In this document: positions 26,060 to 37,999 of the stretch, in pieces | Layout of the letters: the number at the start of each line of letters is the position of its first letter | Position numbering within the stretch: the first letter of the stretch is position 1 | Source of the DNA: Camelus ferus | Taxonomy: Eukaryota | Assembly: GCF_009834535.1 (NCBI RefSeq) | Contig: NC_045697.1 | Location: 9,550,001 to 9,614,000 of the forward strand | Direction: 5' to 3' | DNA: 64,000 nucleotides | Position numbers and translations under genes: made by a program | The notes under the pieces: model-generated | The model's input: only the letters and a program-made list of their open reading frames with translations | Databases searched by the model: none | Told to the model about the DNA's origin: nothing

Positions 26060-26073
26060 CAACAACAACAACA
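25991..26073. repeat. Compound (TAA)22(CAA)5 microsatellite at a MIR tail
   Basis: TAA at 25991-26056 and CAA at 26057-26071, running directly into the antisense MIR 3' end (gctaatattt...tactatgtgccaggcactgt). Confidence 0.97.
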
Positions 26074-26296
26074 GCTAATATTTGGGTAAAAATTACTATG
26101 TGCCAGGCACTGTCTTGGGCAATTCTGCTATGTTATCTCACTTAACCACATAAGAGTACTGTGAAGAAGGTACCATTATTACTCCTAGTTCTGCAAATAA
26201 GGAAACTAAAGCAGGGAGGGTTTAACTGAGTGGTAGAGTGCCTGCTTAGCGTGCACAAGATCCTAGGTTCAATCCCCAGTACCTCCATCAAAAAAA

Positions 26297-26331
<35 letters not shown>

Positions 26332-26470
26332 ATCTAGTTACCTGCCCCCCCCCAAAAAAATAAGGAAACTAAAACACAGAGGTTAAATAAATTGCCCAGA
26401 TTCACTCATTATAGAACCAAGTTTCAAACCCAAGTGATTTGGTTCCAAAGTCTACATTCAGAACCACCAT
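26074..26470 (-). mobile_element. MIR, interrupted by a young SINE
   Basis: tactatgtgccaggcactgt...gcaaataaggaaactaaagca [insert] cagaggttaaataaattgcccag...ttcaaacccaag. Confidence 0.85.
26214..26357 (+). mobile_element. tRNA-Ala-derived SINE, camelid Vic-1 type, with TSD
   Basis: A-box-like taactgagtgg (26223-26233), AGC anticodon-loop remnant (26248-26250), B box ggttcaatcc (26266-26275), (TAAA)n, then ctagttacctgccccccccc and an A tail. TSD aaataaggaaactaaa(g/a)ca at 26195-26213 and 26358-26376. Confidence 0.9.
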
Positions 26471-27920
26471 GTTTATCTACTTTCTAGGGTCCAACATTTC
26501 TTCTTGCCTTTCAGTGTGTTCTTGCTCATATCTCTACGGTCATCATCATCATCATTGTCAACATTTCTGTATGTGTCCAGTTTGGTTCAACCATAAAATA
26601 TAGGGTCACAGGTGAGACTAAGCAAGGATAGGTGAGTTAGGACAAGTAAAATGGGTTTATAACACACGTGAGTTCAAGTGCCATACCTGGAATTATTTTG
26701 AAATTTACCCAAAGCGAGCATAGAGATAGCAAACAATTTTTAGTAGAGGCCAGAAGACCCAGAAGATAAACTTCTCATTGTTCATTTTATTTTAATTCTT
26801 GATTAAAAACAACATTAAAAGGTTTGCATAAAACCAACCTAGATGTGTGGCTAAACTTCACAGCAGATTCAGACTTCTTCAATGTGGAAGATGAGGGGTT
26901 GGTTGAATGAGACACAGAAGCCTGGTTTTGAATCTTGGGTTTCATTAGCCTACTAGTCACGTGACTTTGGAAAATTTGCTTAAACTTTCCAACCCCAGTT
27001 AAACTATTAAATGGTGCTAATATTAGTTCCCAGCTTCTGGGACTAGTCTGAGGAGTGGAGGACTGTAAGCCAGACTACATTTACCCTTGATTGTATGCAT
27101 TAGCAAAGTGAAGTATCTTAAGAGATTCCCTGCACACAGTAGGCAGTATAAATAGGTAAACTGAATAAGGAGTTTGTATCCAGCATTCCACCTAGAATAA
27201 ATCATACACCCAGTAGTAATATGCATGGCATTTTCATGTTCAGATGATGAGAATGCAAAACAGTTAATTGGCAAGAAAGGGGAAATTAATCTGGAAGAGA
27301 GCAGCTCTTTTTAAAACAATAAAAATGATAAATAATAATCAGAAAAGGACAAAAGCAAACTCTTTTTTATTATCTGTCTAAAGTGAGAATTAGAAGAAAG
27401 ACCCCCAGCTTCCAGAACCAAACCTTTTCTCATCTCCTGTTTTAGAGAAAAGAAACTCAACTGGCAGGATGGTAATTCAGACTCCATAATTAGATGGTGA
27501 ATGATAATTAATCTTGGACCCTGAATCAGTTCCCTGCCAGCATGCTTCCTTTCTCTGTGCCAGTTCTCCACTGCCCAGACCCCCTCAGACTCTCAAGCCC
27601 AAAATCACTCATTTTAGTTTGGCTTAATTAATTTCCCTCCAAAGTCTCACCAATTGCCTTTGCTCTTTGTTAAGCTTCTATTGAATTTCCTCACTGATTA
27701 TATTTGTTTCCTCAGAGCCTGGAGGAAGGACAATAAATGTGTAATTTCTCACCCTTTGCAACAATCTTCAAGGACTTGGAGGGGAGCCCCTCCCCCTTTC
27801 CATTTTTGCTAAAAATTTGCATGAAATTGACATTATGCACATGTACACAATGTGCAATGGACTGCCAAGAACAAAATCCAAAGGAATGGATATGGTTTTA
27901 TTTTAAGCTGTATTTTGGGT

Positions 27921-27940
27921 AAACAAGGCTGAACATGCTT
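27921..27940. promoter_or_regulatory. Candidate p53/p63/p73 response element
   Basis: AAACAAGGCT GAACATGCTT: two RRRCWWGYYY decamers, 0-bp spacer, one mismatch. Confidence 0.45.
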
Positions 27941-28278
27941 CAGTGGTTCCCTCTGTCACCAATAACACCTAAATTATTCTTGGTCAAGCCCTTGAGAAGC
28001 CTCAAGTGCATCATGTAGGGGAGACAGAAAGAACAAGACTTGGAGACAGACTGGAAAGTGTTGAGAATTAACCCAGGTTTTTGCTTTTGTGCCGGGACGA
28101 ATAATGTAGGCATTCACTGAGAAAGGTAACACTGGAAGAGAAGTTAGTTCGAGGGGAAAATGTTAATGGTTTTAGTTTTGGAAATGTTGAGTTTGAGTTG
28201 TCTTTGGGATTGTAATAATCTTAACCCCAAATTCTTTTCTTTACAGAAAAATTCCTTGAAAGAAATATTTCTATGCAA

Positions 28279-28500
28279 TGTCTTAGGTTAGGGTTCACTG
28301 AAGAAGGCCACAAGAGGAGGATTTGTGTGGAAATGACTTGTTAGGAAATGTTTATCATTCAGATTCCCATAGAGGGTAACTTTGGCTCAGTTCCCAAAGG
28401 AGCCACAGAGATGGTAGAAGCCACCACCATCACCCAGAGTATCCAGAATGGGGGGTAGGCAACAAAACCTCAGGGCCTTTTGTTTTTTCATTTTCCCTAC
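28279..28500 (-). mobile_element. ERVL LTR16-like fragment
   Basis: tgtcttaggttagggttcac...agaag...aggatttgtgtggaaatgacttgttagg resembles the antisense LTR16 end. Confidence 0.5.
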
Positions 28501-28605
28501 TTAGACTGTCAGCTGTTAGATTTTTGCAGGGCTAGCTCCTTACAATTCAGGTCTCTACTCAAATGTCTTTTTCTCATAGACTATCAAAACTAAAATTGAC
28601 TTATA

Positions 28606-28812
28606 CCACTGCAACCACCATCACCAACCCCCAACCACACCCACACCCCCACAGCCACCCTACTTCCCCTGACCACCATGATCATTGCCACCTCCACTGC
28701 CCCCCCTTCCACCAAAATCACCCCCAATGCTACTACCACTCCCCATCATCATGTTCACCACCATCCCCATCATTGCTACCAACACATGGATCTTCGCCAC
28801 TGCTATCACCAT
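28606..28812. repeat. Degenerate (CCA/CAT)n low-complexity tract inside an L2 fragment
   Basis: accactgcaaccaccatcaccaacc...ccatcatcatgttcaccaccatcc; it produces the spurious His/Pro/Thr-rich ORFs. Confidence 0.85.
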
Positions 28813-30319
28813 ACCCCCGTCGCTAGTAACGGCAACTTTGTTTTAATTTTCTTCCTAGCACTTTGCACTACTTGATGATCTATTACATATAAAAGGCTTG
28901 TTTAGAGTTGTCTGTCTCTCCCATCTTAAACACAGCCTCCTTGAGAACAAGGACTAATTTGCAGCTGCAACACCAATGACTCGAGCACGCCTACCACAAG
29001 GTAGGCTTATATAGACTGGCTGCCTGTTTCAAGAATCCCTAGTGAGGAACCAGAGAGAGATGGGATCACTACGGAGAAACAACTTGGAAGAAATGAGGAA
29101 GCTGAAGTGAGAGCCCAGGGGGAAAAGTGAAGTTACCCAGGGAAAGAGAAGCCTCTCATTCTGAAAACAAGGAGGTGTGGGTAGGATTTCAGACCTGGCA
29201 GGCTTCATTTTCTCTGTGAAATAGGGGCTACTGTAAACTTTTTGTCTACCTCAGCCACAGATAAGCTCATGAAACGGTCTAGGCAAAATTCTCCCTGTCT
29301 CTATTGGCTTTATGAGCTTATCAATTAACCCAGTGTGCTTCATTCATGTCAGACATAAAATACCTTTATGCCATTCTATACCCTTGAAACTGGAAATTTA
29401 GAGGGAGAATGAGATTTTGGGTGGAGTCTGGGGGTTGCCAATGTTCTGGTCTACCCAGCTGCAGAAATCTTTCCTGGGAGGCAGTGGAAGAGAAGCAGTC
29501 TGAGGAAGCTCCTCTCAATGCCTTACATCCTGACTTTGGCATCAGCACAGCCATTTACTGCTCATCACATTTGATCCCAAGAAGCAACGTATTTTAGAGA
29601 AAAGAATTTTAGACACTGACCTGAATGCTGTCTTGCTGGTGGCCAGGTGGTCTCTGGCCAATTATTCCTTGTTTCTGAGCCTCAGTTCCTTTGGGTCCAA
29701 ATTCCTGGTGGGGTAAGCTATCCTCTATGGCCCCTTCTGGCTGTTGGGTCCTCACAACTCTATGCAATTTCTACGAAAGAGGAAACAGGCTCAGGGTTGT
29801 GAGGCAACTTGCCCAAAGCAACACAGCTCCTGAGTGGCATTCGAGCCTAAAGTCCAGATCTATTCAGTTCTAAGCTAGATTCCTACCCTCCCCAGCCCTC
29901 TGCCTTCCATCTACCCAGCCATTGCTAGGGCTTCAAGCAGAGAAGTCCACAGAATGACAGCCCAGGCTCCCAAGTTCCAGGCTGGGTCTGTGGTCGAGGT
30001 GGAGGGCAGTCCCCCTGAACTGGACCTCTGCACTAACTCGCTCAAGCCTCCCTCCTCAGCTCTGCAGACTCTTCATTCCATCCACATGTGCCAGCCTCCC
30101 CATTTCAGCCCCTGGTGCCAGTACTTAAGTAAAAACTGTCAAACAATGCAGTGACCCAAGAAGAAGGAGGTAGGGAAATGGGCAAGAGGATAAAGGAAGT
30201 GATTAATGAACCTAGTGCTTTATTAGACTCAAGGCCTTTGGGGACCCACCATGACTGTCTTTGGGGAACAAGGAGTGTAGCCAGCTGGGGAGGGTTTGCT
30301 CTCAGTCTCTGAGCACACC

Positions 30320-30505
30320 TGGATGGACTCCAGCTTGCTGCTTCGTGGGTGAGTGGGTAAGGCCATTCTCTCTGTGCCTCAGTTTCCTCCCTATAAATGG
30401 GAAGAACAATACCCACCTCACAGAATTATAACATGAAGCAGAGGGGAAAAAAGCCCGCACATGCCTAACACCCTACAGGTGCTTGATAAATGGTGGTCAT
30501 TATTC
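30320..30505 (+). mobile_element. MIR
   Basis: ctctctgtgcctcagtttcctccctataaatgggaagaacaatacccacctcacagaatt...tacaggtgcttgataaatgg. Confidence 0.8.
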
Positions 30506-31233
30506 TTTTCCCCTGAACTGAGCAAGGGGTGCTTATTGGAAGTGGCTGGGATGCAATGAGCTATTTGCTGTCCTGAGCAGATGGGTATCTTCAGACAGAT
30601 GGCAGCACCTTCCTGCGCCACAGCATCTCTCCCTGACATCTGCACTCCAGCCTGACGGGGGAACACGCCACAACCCAGGCAGGTAGTGCCATTGTCATGG
30701 TGATGGAGTTCTGTACTCGGTCCAGCTCTGGTCATCCAGGGCACACAGGATGCAGATCAACAGCTCTTTGTTTGGAATGGAGATGAGGCTGCTAATGATG
30801 AGGGAGGTGTGGGATAATCAACAGCCTGAGGACTGCCACGAATTCTCAGTGTGTCTAAAAGCAACTCACTTGACTTCAGTAGAACTTGGTTTCTTCATCT
30901 ATAAGAAGGAAATATTAAAATACAGCGTTGCTGGAAGACTAAATTAGGTTATGCATGTGATATTGCCAAGGACCATGCCTAACACAAGCCCATATTGAAT
31001 GCTGGTTCTTTTCTTCCTTTACTGTTACTTTTAAAAAGATAAGAAGGGAAAAGGAGGATGGAAGGAAGGAAATGGGAAAGAAGGATGCGGGAGAAGGAGG
31101 AAAGAGGAAAAGGATGAGGAAGGGGAGAAGAAATGCTAATAACCACAGCTGCAGCAAAAACAATAGCATTCAGTGTGTCCACCCCGTGAGCTGTTGTTCC
31201 AGACTACTTGCATACCTGGTTAACAATCTCCAC

Positions 31234-31705
31234 TGTATGTGTTTACCATTGCTGTAGTAACAGATGATCACAAAAGTGATGGCTTAGAAGAATACAAACT
31301 TATTATCTTTCTGGAAGTCAGAAGTCTAAAAATGTGTCAACAGAGCAGAATTCCTTTTCAGGCTATAGGGCAAAACCCATTTCCTTGCCTTTCAGCTTTT
31401 AGAGGTCACCCTCATTCTTTGGCCTGCAGATCCCTGCATTACCCTTCCCTTACAGCCTCACTCCAAACTCTCTTTCTTTTGTCATATCTCCTTCTCCAAT
31501 CAACTCTCCACCTCCCTTTTCACTTATAAAGGTCCTTGAGAAAACAATGGGTCCACCTGAATGATCCAGGGTAATCTCTCACCTCAAAGTCCTTAACTTA
31601 ATCTCCTCTGCAAAGTCTCTTCGATTATGTAAGGTAATGTGTTCATAGGTTTTGGGGATTAGGATGTGGTCGTTTTTGGGGGGTGGTCATTATCTATGTA
31701 CCACA
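31234..31705 (-). mobile_element. MaLR solo LTR, MLT1C-like, inserted in a MIR
   Basis: tgtatgtgttt...gctgtagtaaca...tggcttag...tctggaagtcagaagtctaaaa...aatgatccagggtaatctc...gtccttaacttaatc...gattaggatgtgg...taccaca. MIR sequence resumes on both sides. Confidence 0.85.
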
Positions 31706-32939
31706 TTCAGAGTGGGTATTATCATTGCTCCTTTTTTTAAAGGTTAAAATATTATAATGATGAAAATACCACTCAGAACATAATTATGAAATTCTCCAAA
31801 GGTTACACATTTGTAAATGAAAGAGCCGGGGTTCAGATGCCCTCTGTCTGACTCTGCAGCATTTGTTCTTTCTGCAGAACACGCTGAAGATGCCCAGTTT
31901 CCTCTAAATCCCAGAGGGCTGTAGTGAATGATCTTTGACGGCCACCTTCTGTCTGATGTTCTGTGGTTCTCCATTCAGGAGAAGAAGCAAAGGCTTGTTC
32001 CAACCAGTCTTGACCACTGTTGGTTTCTCTTCTCTTGCTCTAAAGAGGGACCATGAGAGTCCTTGGGCATCTGCACCAGAGAATGATGGGGAGTGAGCAT
32101 TTCCTAAGCAAGGAATTAGAAAACTGCAGAATGAGCTCTGTTCCTGTATACTACTTGGAATAATAAATGCACAATCTGCTTAAGATGCTGAAATATCCTC
32201 CCACAGGGATCTCTTCTCCTGGCAGCTCGACCGTCAGAATCAATGACAATCACGTTGGCGTTTTGCTAATTGAACCAAACAGGAGGTAACTGGTCTTCAG
32301 AAATCCTGTAATGAAGTAATTAGTTACTCCATCAGTAAACGGAAATAATAATTACAGAGTGTTAAAGCTGAAAATAAACTTTCTGACTGGAGATGGGTGA
32401 CCTGCAGCCCAGAAGTGTCTGACACCTGACACAACTGTTAGGGACAGAGCTGGAACAAACACCCAGGTCTCTGGCTGCTGGTCTAGGATTTTTTCCACAG
32501 GACCATCAGCCTCTGGAAGTTTGAATGTAAATAGCTGGTTTCACTGTAAACTGGAGCGTCAGGGGTGCAACGACATATTACATATACATAACAGCCTTTG
32601 TTCCAGGTAAGGGAGGGATTGCTGAAGAGTCCAGAGGCTTATGTAGCTGGGGAGAGTCTTTGGGTCCATGTATCCATTCACATACCACCTGAAGACCTTA
32701 CCAGCCCACTCAGCTCTCAAGGACTATTTCCCCTTTTTTTTAATTACAAAAATAATGGATAATGACTAAAGATAATTTGGAACATTTTTAAAGTAAAAAT
32801 AAATCATCTATCATAAATTAATGATACGTTAATCACTATTGATACACTATTAATATTATGGAGAATTTCCTTCCAACTTTTTTCTTCTCTATGTCTACTC
32901 AACAATTCTTTGGAGAAACCAACCCCTCCGTTTATATAA

Positions 32940-33457
32940 CAATAATAAACATCATTGTGGTCCAATGGTCCTCACTCTGCTCCCCCAGCCTCTAAGTGAG
33001 AATAGTGAGCCCACGGGATCTTTGCCTGGGTCACAGGGATTTGTTCAAGCGTGGCCACGTGAACCAAGGTTAGCCCACAGAAGACCTCCCTGGGACTTTT
33101 GTGAGAGTTTTGGGAAGGGTGTCCTTACTCTGAAACATAAAGTCTCTGTATCAGATTGGCCATGGGGTCTTGCTTTCACGTGGGGAAAAGCTGTCTACCC
33201 GACAATAAATCCAAGATGAAAGAAACAGAGCTTGGGGGAAGAGAGAGAGAGACAGAGAAAGAGGAAGGGAGGGAGGGAAGGGAGGAAGGGGGAATGAGAG
33301 AGAGAACCCTGAAAACATCACTCGATGCCTCGACCTAAATTTGCTTAACACTAGCTTTGCTCAGGAGATTTCCGAGTTTCTATGACCCAATAAATCCCCT
33401 TTTGATGAAGTCAGTTTGAGTGCCTGTCACTTACAATTGAAAGAAAGCTGAATGATA
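32940..33457 (+). mobile_element. MaLR LTR, MLT1K/L-like, possibly followed by the start of internal sequence
   Basis: gggatttgttcaagcgtggccacgtgaaccaag...tgggactttt...ccaataaatccccttt...tcagtttgag...ctgtcacttacaattgaaaga...aatgatac, then gaattggca. Confidence 0.7.
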
Positions 33458-33674
33458 CTGGAATTGGCATCTGGCTGGTGTGTACAAGTGGCAGAGGCCC
33501 AGAAGTGAAACTGGCTAGTTGAGGCAGGATAACAAGCCATGAGAGGGTGAGAGGCCTCCAGCCCCAAAGCAGAGGTTGAAAATCCTTGTGCTAACATGGA
33601 CTTTTTGTAGCTACTTCAGGCAATACATGCAGCTCTGTGCTCTGCATTTTTCACTTAGCATAATTGCAGTGATA

Positions 33675-33885
33675 ATGACAATAGTTTGTAATTATTGCAC
33701 ATTGAGTATTGTGTGCTCTGTATTTTCCAAGCATCCTCCCATGGTATCACTCAGCCCTATTAGGTATGTGCTATTATAGTCATCATTTGCAGTCCCAAAG
33801 TAGTTGAAAAACAAGCTTAAATTCAAACAGCTAAAAAGGATGCAAATCCTATTGTTCTGGCCCAGAAAAAGAATTCTTAACTACT
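33675..33885 (-). mobile_element. MIR
   Basis: aatgacaatag...ttattgcaca...cactcagccctattaggtatgtgctattatagtcatcatttgcag. Confidence 0.6.
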
Positions 33886-34264
33886 CCTTATTTTTTCTAC
33901 TTCATAACCATGTTTCTATGGATTGCTTATCTTTGCAAACATTTTTAATAGCAACACACTATTCCACAGAGAATACGTAACAGTAATTTTCATCTTTGGG
34001 AAAAGGACACAAATGAAGACATAAGGAGCGATGGGTCAAGGCTGCTGAGACAAAGTTTGGATCTTGGTGGCAAAAGCAGTGATTTTCCCAGGGAAAGCAG
34101 ATTGGCTAAAAACCTTACATGGAGTGGATCCCCAACTTCCTTCCCCCTGGGCACTGGTAACTAGTATCAGTTCCCTCCATCCTCACTTCCAGGGGCTCTG
34201 CACAGGTAATAAGATGTGCAGTAACAGAAGAGGAGATCTTTATAGCTGCAGGGGAGGGAGGGAG

Positions 34265-35060
34265 GCTATTCACTCAACAAAGGTGTGTTGACACCTGCTC
34301 TGTGTCCAGGGCTATAGCAGTGAACTACACAACAGAAATTCTTGCCCTCACAAAGTGTACATTCTGCTTGGGGAAAAGTAGCTAAATCAATCAATCAATG
34401 GAACATATCAATTGAAAAAGATTGATAAGTGCTAAACAGTGAAAGGAAACAGGGGAACAGGATAGGGAGATAAAAAAGGTTGCAAGTGAATGGAGTTATC
34501 AGAGGAAGTGATGTAGTGGAGGTAACATTTGAGCAAAGACTTGCAAGTTGTGAGGAACTAAGCCACGTGGAAAAGAGCATCCCAGGAACGTGCAAACACA
34601 AGGGCTCTGAAGCAAGGGAATGCTCCACGTGTTAGAGGAAGATCCAGGAGCCCATGTGGCAGGAGTGGAGCAGGTGAGGAGATGAGTACTAGGATATGAG
34701 TCAGAGAGGGGACCGGTCAAGAGCAGACCCTGGGGGGCCTGGCATGCCACGCCACGTGAGTACTTTGGTGTTTGCTTCGAACAAGATGAAGGACACTTGA
34801 ATAGAGGTGTGAAATAATCTGACCGAGAGTTTAATAGGATCCCTCTGGTCCATGTGTGAGGAACAGACTGTAAGACGGAAACCAGAAGCAAGGAAATCAA
34901 TGAAGAGAGATGACAGTGGCTTGTAATACAGTACGAAGTATGAAGGTACTGAGAAGTGATCAGGTCCTGGACATGTTGAATACAGAGCAGAAAGGATTGC
35001 TGATAGGTTGGATGTGGAGTGAGGTAGCCAAGGAGTCAGGGATGGTCCCAGGTTTACAGA
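34265..35060 (-). mobile_element. L2a LINE 3' portion
   Basis: attcactcaacaaaggtgtgttgacacctgctctgtgt...ggaggtaacatttgagcaaagactt...tttaataggatccctctgg...aggattgctgataggttggatgtgg...ggagtcagggatggtcccaggttt. Confidence 0.9.
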
Positions 35061-36213
35061 CATCCCCTAAATCATCTTTTTTTGGACGGTTTGAAAGTTG
35101 AAGTGGACCGTGTCCCTGAGATGAAGGTGGGTGGTGCAGATGGTCCATTGCACACTCCTGTGACAGTTATTTGATGAAATGTGAAGTGATTTTTTAAAAA
35201 TTATTTTTATTTTAAAAAAGGTAATTGGCTTTTCCAACACATTGGAATTTTTGAAGCATTATAGGATTATTAGCCTTTAAAAATGTGCCTTTCTCATAAT
35301 GTTGTAGGTGAGTTCTACTCTTTTTGCTAGTATGTTTCTAAATCATGTTCTGTTAACTATTTTTTGGTTCTCTGTAGTTTGTGGTAGTGAACAATGGGAA
35401 TAACTTAAATATCAAGGAATTATTTAGACATAAATTGCAGAAGATAACAAAAAAGTATTTACATTAAATCTTATTGTTATAGTAAAACAATATATAGAGA
35501 GAGATCTGGGAAGACTTGACATGCATACAATGATTTTAACAATAGATGTCAAAGTGGAGGAGATTATGAATGTTCTTTTTAATTTTCTTGAATAAGCTTG
35601 TTACTTTTATACTAAGAAAAAATAAAAGAAGTGTAATAAAAGAGGCAGTAATAAAAGTATTAAAAGAATTCTATTGCAGGTTATTTGGGGGGTTCCAAGT
35701 AATCTCTTCCTATTCGATATTAAGGTTCTTTAATTTTGTTATCCTTAGTGAATAAAGAATCAGTCTGTGGCTGAAAATCATTTTAAAATTGAAAAAGAAA
35801 CAGAGTTTAAAAAAAAGTTTTGCAAATAAGAAAGATAGTAATAAAGCATAAATACTTTAACATATTTCATAGGACATGAAAATTACCAATATTGAACTTG
35901 AAAGTAAGAGGCTGGGATTTTAACTTTCATCAAATCCTCATTTTGGCTCCATTTGTTTTCCCCAAGTAGTTACCTATACAAAAAGAAAATAGGAAGGCAT
36001 CTGAGGCATTGTGGAGTAGACAACAGGTGTTGTACTAAAACCCCTCAGTTTTAACCCCAGCACAACTTGTCACTATCATTTTGACCCTGGAAAGTGTATG
36101 TTAAATACATACATAGATCAGATTCTTCATCTGAACAGTGCTGATGATGAAAATTTCTTCCTCATGACATTGTTGTTGTGAAGAGAAAAAAAGATGCATC
36201 TAGAGCACCTAAT

Positions 36214-36944
36214 GTGGTGCAGCCATTATGGAAAACAGTATGGAGATTCCTCAGAAAACTAAAGATAGACTCACCATATGATCCAGCAATCCCACTCCTG
36301 GGCATATATCTGGAGGGAACTCTAATTTGAAAAAATACATGCACCTTGATGTTCATAGGAGCACTACATACAATAGCCAAGACATGGAAACAATCTAAAT
36401 GTCCATCTATAGATGAATGGATAAAGAAGATGTGGTATATCTAAACAATGGAATACTACTCAGCCATCAAAAAGAATAAAATAATGCCATTTGCAGCAAC
36501 TTGGCTGGATCTGGAGATCACCATTTTAAGTGAAGTAAGCCATAAAGAGAAAGAAAAATACCATACGATATCACTCATATGTGGAATCTTAAAAAAAAAA
36601 AAGAAAAAAAAAGAGGACACTAATGAACTTATCTACAAAACAGAAACAGACTTGCAAACATAGTAAACAATCTTATGATTACTGGGGAAAAGAGGGTGGG
36701 ATGGGATAAATTTGGGAGTTTGAGATTTGAAAAGGTTAACCACTAGATATAAAAATAGATTAAAAAAACAAATTTCTTCTGTATAGCACAGGAAACTATA
36801 TTCAATATCTTTTAATAATCTTTAATGAAAAAGAATATGATAATGAATATATGTGTATATATGCATAACTGGACATTATGCTATACAAAAAAGAATTGAC
36901 ACATTGTAACTGACTATACTTCAATTTAAAAAAATAAAAAATAA
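36214..36944 (+). mobile_element. Young 5'-truncated L1 (ORF2 C-terminus, 3' UTR, A tail) with TSD
   Basis: One frame reads [31 protein letters not shown]...[53 protein letters not shown]...SLICGI, with stops at 36328 and 36442. It ends ctgactatacttcaat plus an A tail. TSD agcacctaat at 36204-36213 and 36945-36954. It interrupts a MIR. Confidence 0.95.
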
Positions 36945-37999
36945 AGCACCTAATCGTGAAGTTCATCGTAAGGTTACTTCTCTGTAAATGATGATTGTTA
37001 TTATCTCTTCAGATTACACTCAACCTGAAATATCCATTTGTCAATATTCCAGCTTCCAACCTAGATGGTTGCTGCTGCCTGCTGAGATACTGGGTCCCTG
37101 TAGGGGACTCCTTTGTGGCAAGCACATTCCTCATGTTCTTGATGTGTTCTAAGGGGATGAAACAGAGTTGGAATCAGAAAATGCCTATTAGCTTATCACC
37201 CCAGACCCAGGAAAGTATTCTGAAACTCTTCTCAGGAGGCATTGCAGCCTGTTTGCCCAAAGGACACTGTAGATGGAGTTGTCACGTGGTCGGCATATGG
37301 CATTTTGTATTAAAATCGGTTGTAATATTTCCTCATTTATTCTGTTTCCCCAACTAGACTGAACGTTTTTGAAACAGGAACTATGGCTGATGTATGTTGC
37401 TCTCTTGGTACCAGGGACAGTCCATCTAGCAGAGGGTTGCTTATTAAGTGATGGATGAATGGACAGAGGGATATATAAGATCAGACGTTCTCAGCTACAT
37501 ATATGTTTCTGACCTATTTGGATTTTTTTTTTTGTAAAACAAAAAGAAAGTCATAACAATAGTGCAAAAATAGTCCTATTAATAGCTTTCCAGTTCCATA
37601 AATGGGTCAGATTTAGCTTCCTCTGAGCAGTAACCAATAGTAATAAAAAGGCATAGATTTGATTCCCCAATTCCCTGACATAATGTATCTGTTAATAATT
37701 ATGTTCACTAGAGGAGAACAGAGTCTATCTGAAACTCAAAAATGTATTTAACAGTTTTTGTTAAAGTGATGAGAGTGTTAATAATACTAATTGGCTAATG
37801 GAGAAGAAGGAAGGGATAAAATGAAGGAAAGCTTAGTAAATTCTTAAAGATGAAAACTTGCTGGGCTCAGAAGTATTTATTTATTTATTGAGGCTTACTT
37901 TAGAATCTTTATCTTTTCTCTGATACATACCCATGTAAATTTTATAAGGTTCAACCTAACTTTTCATTTCAATAATTTTCAAATGACTAGCCCTCCAAC

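Noticed and set aside
26214..26286. Functional tRNA-Ala(AGC) gene
   Set aside because: The A box and stems are mutated, and it has a SINE tail and TSD; it is a SINE head.
28563..28875. His/Pro-rich ORFs
   Set aside because: Translation of a degenerate (CCA)n tract.
36448..36663. 71-aa ORF as a gene
   Set aside because: It is the C-terminus of a truncated L1 ORF2 with upstream in-frame stops.
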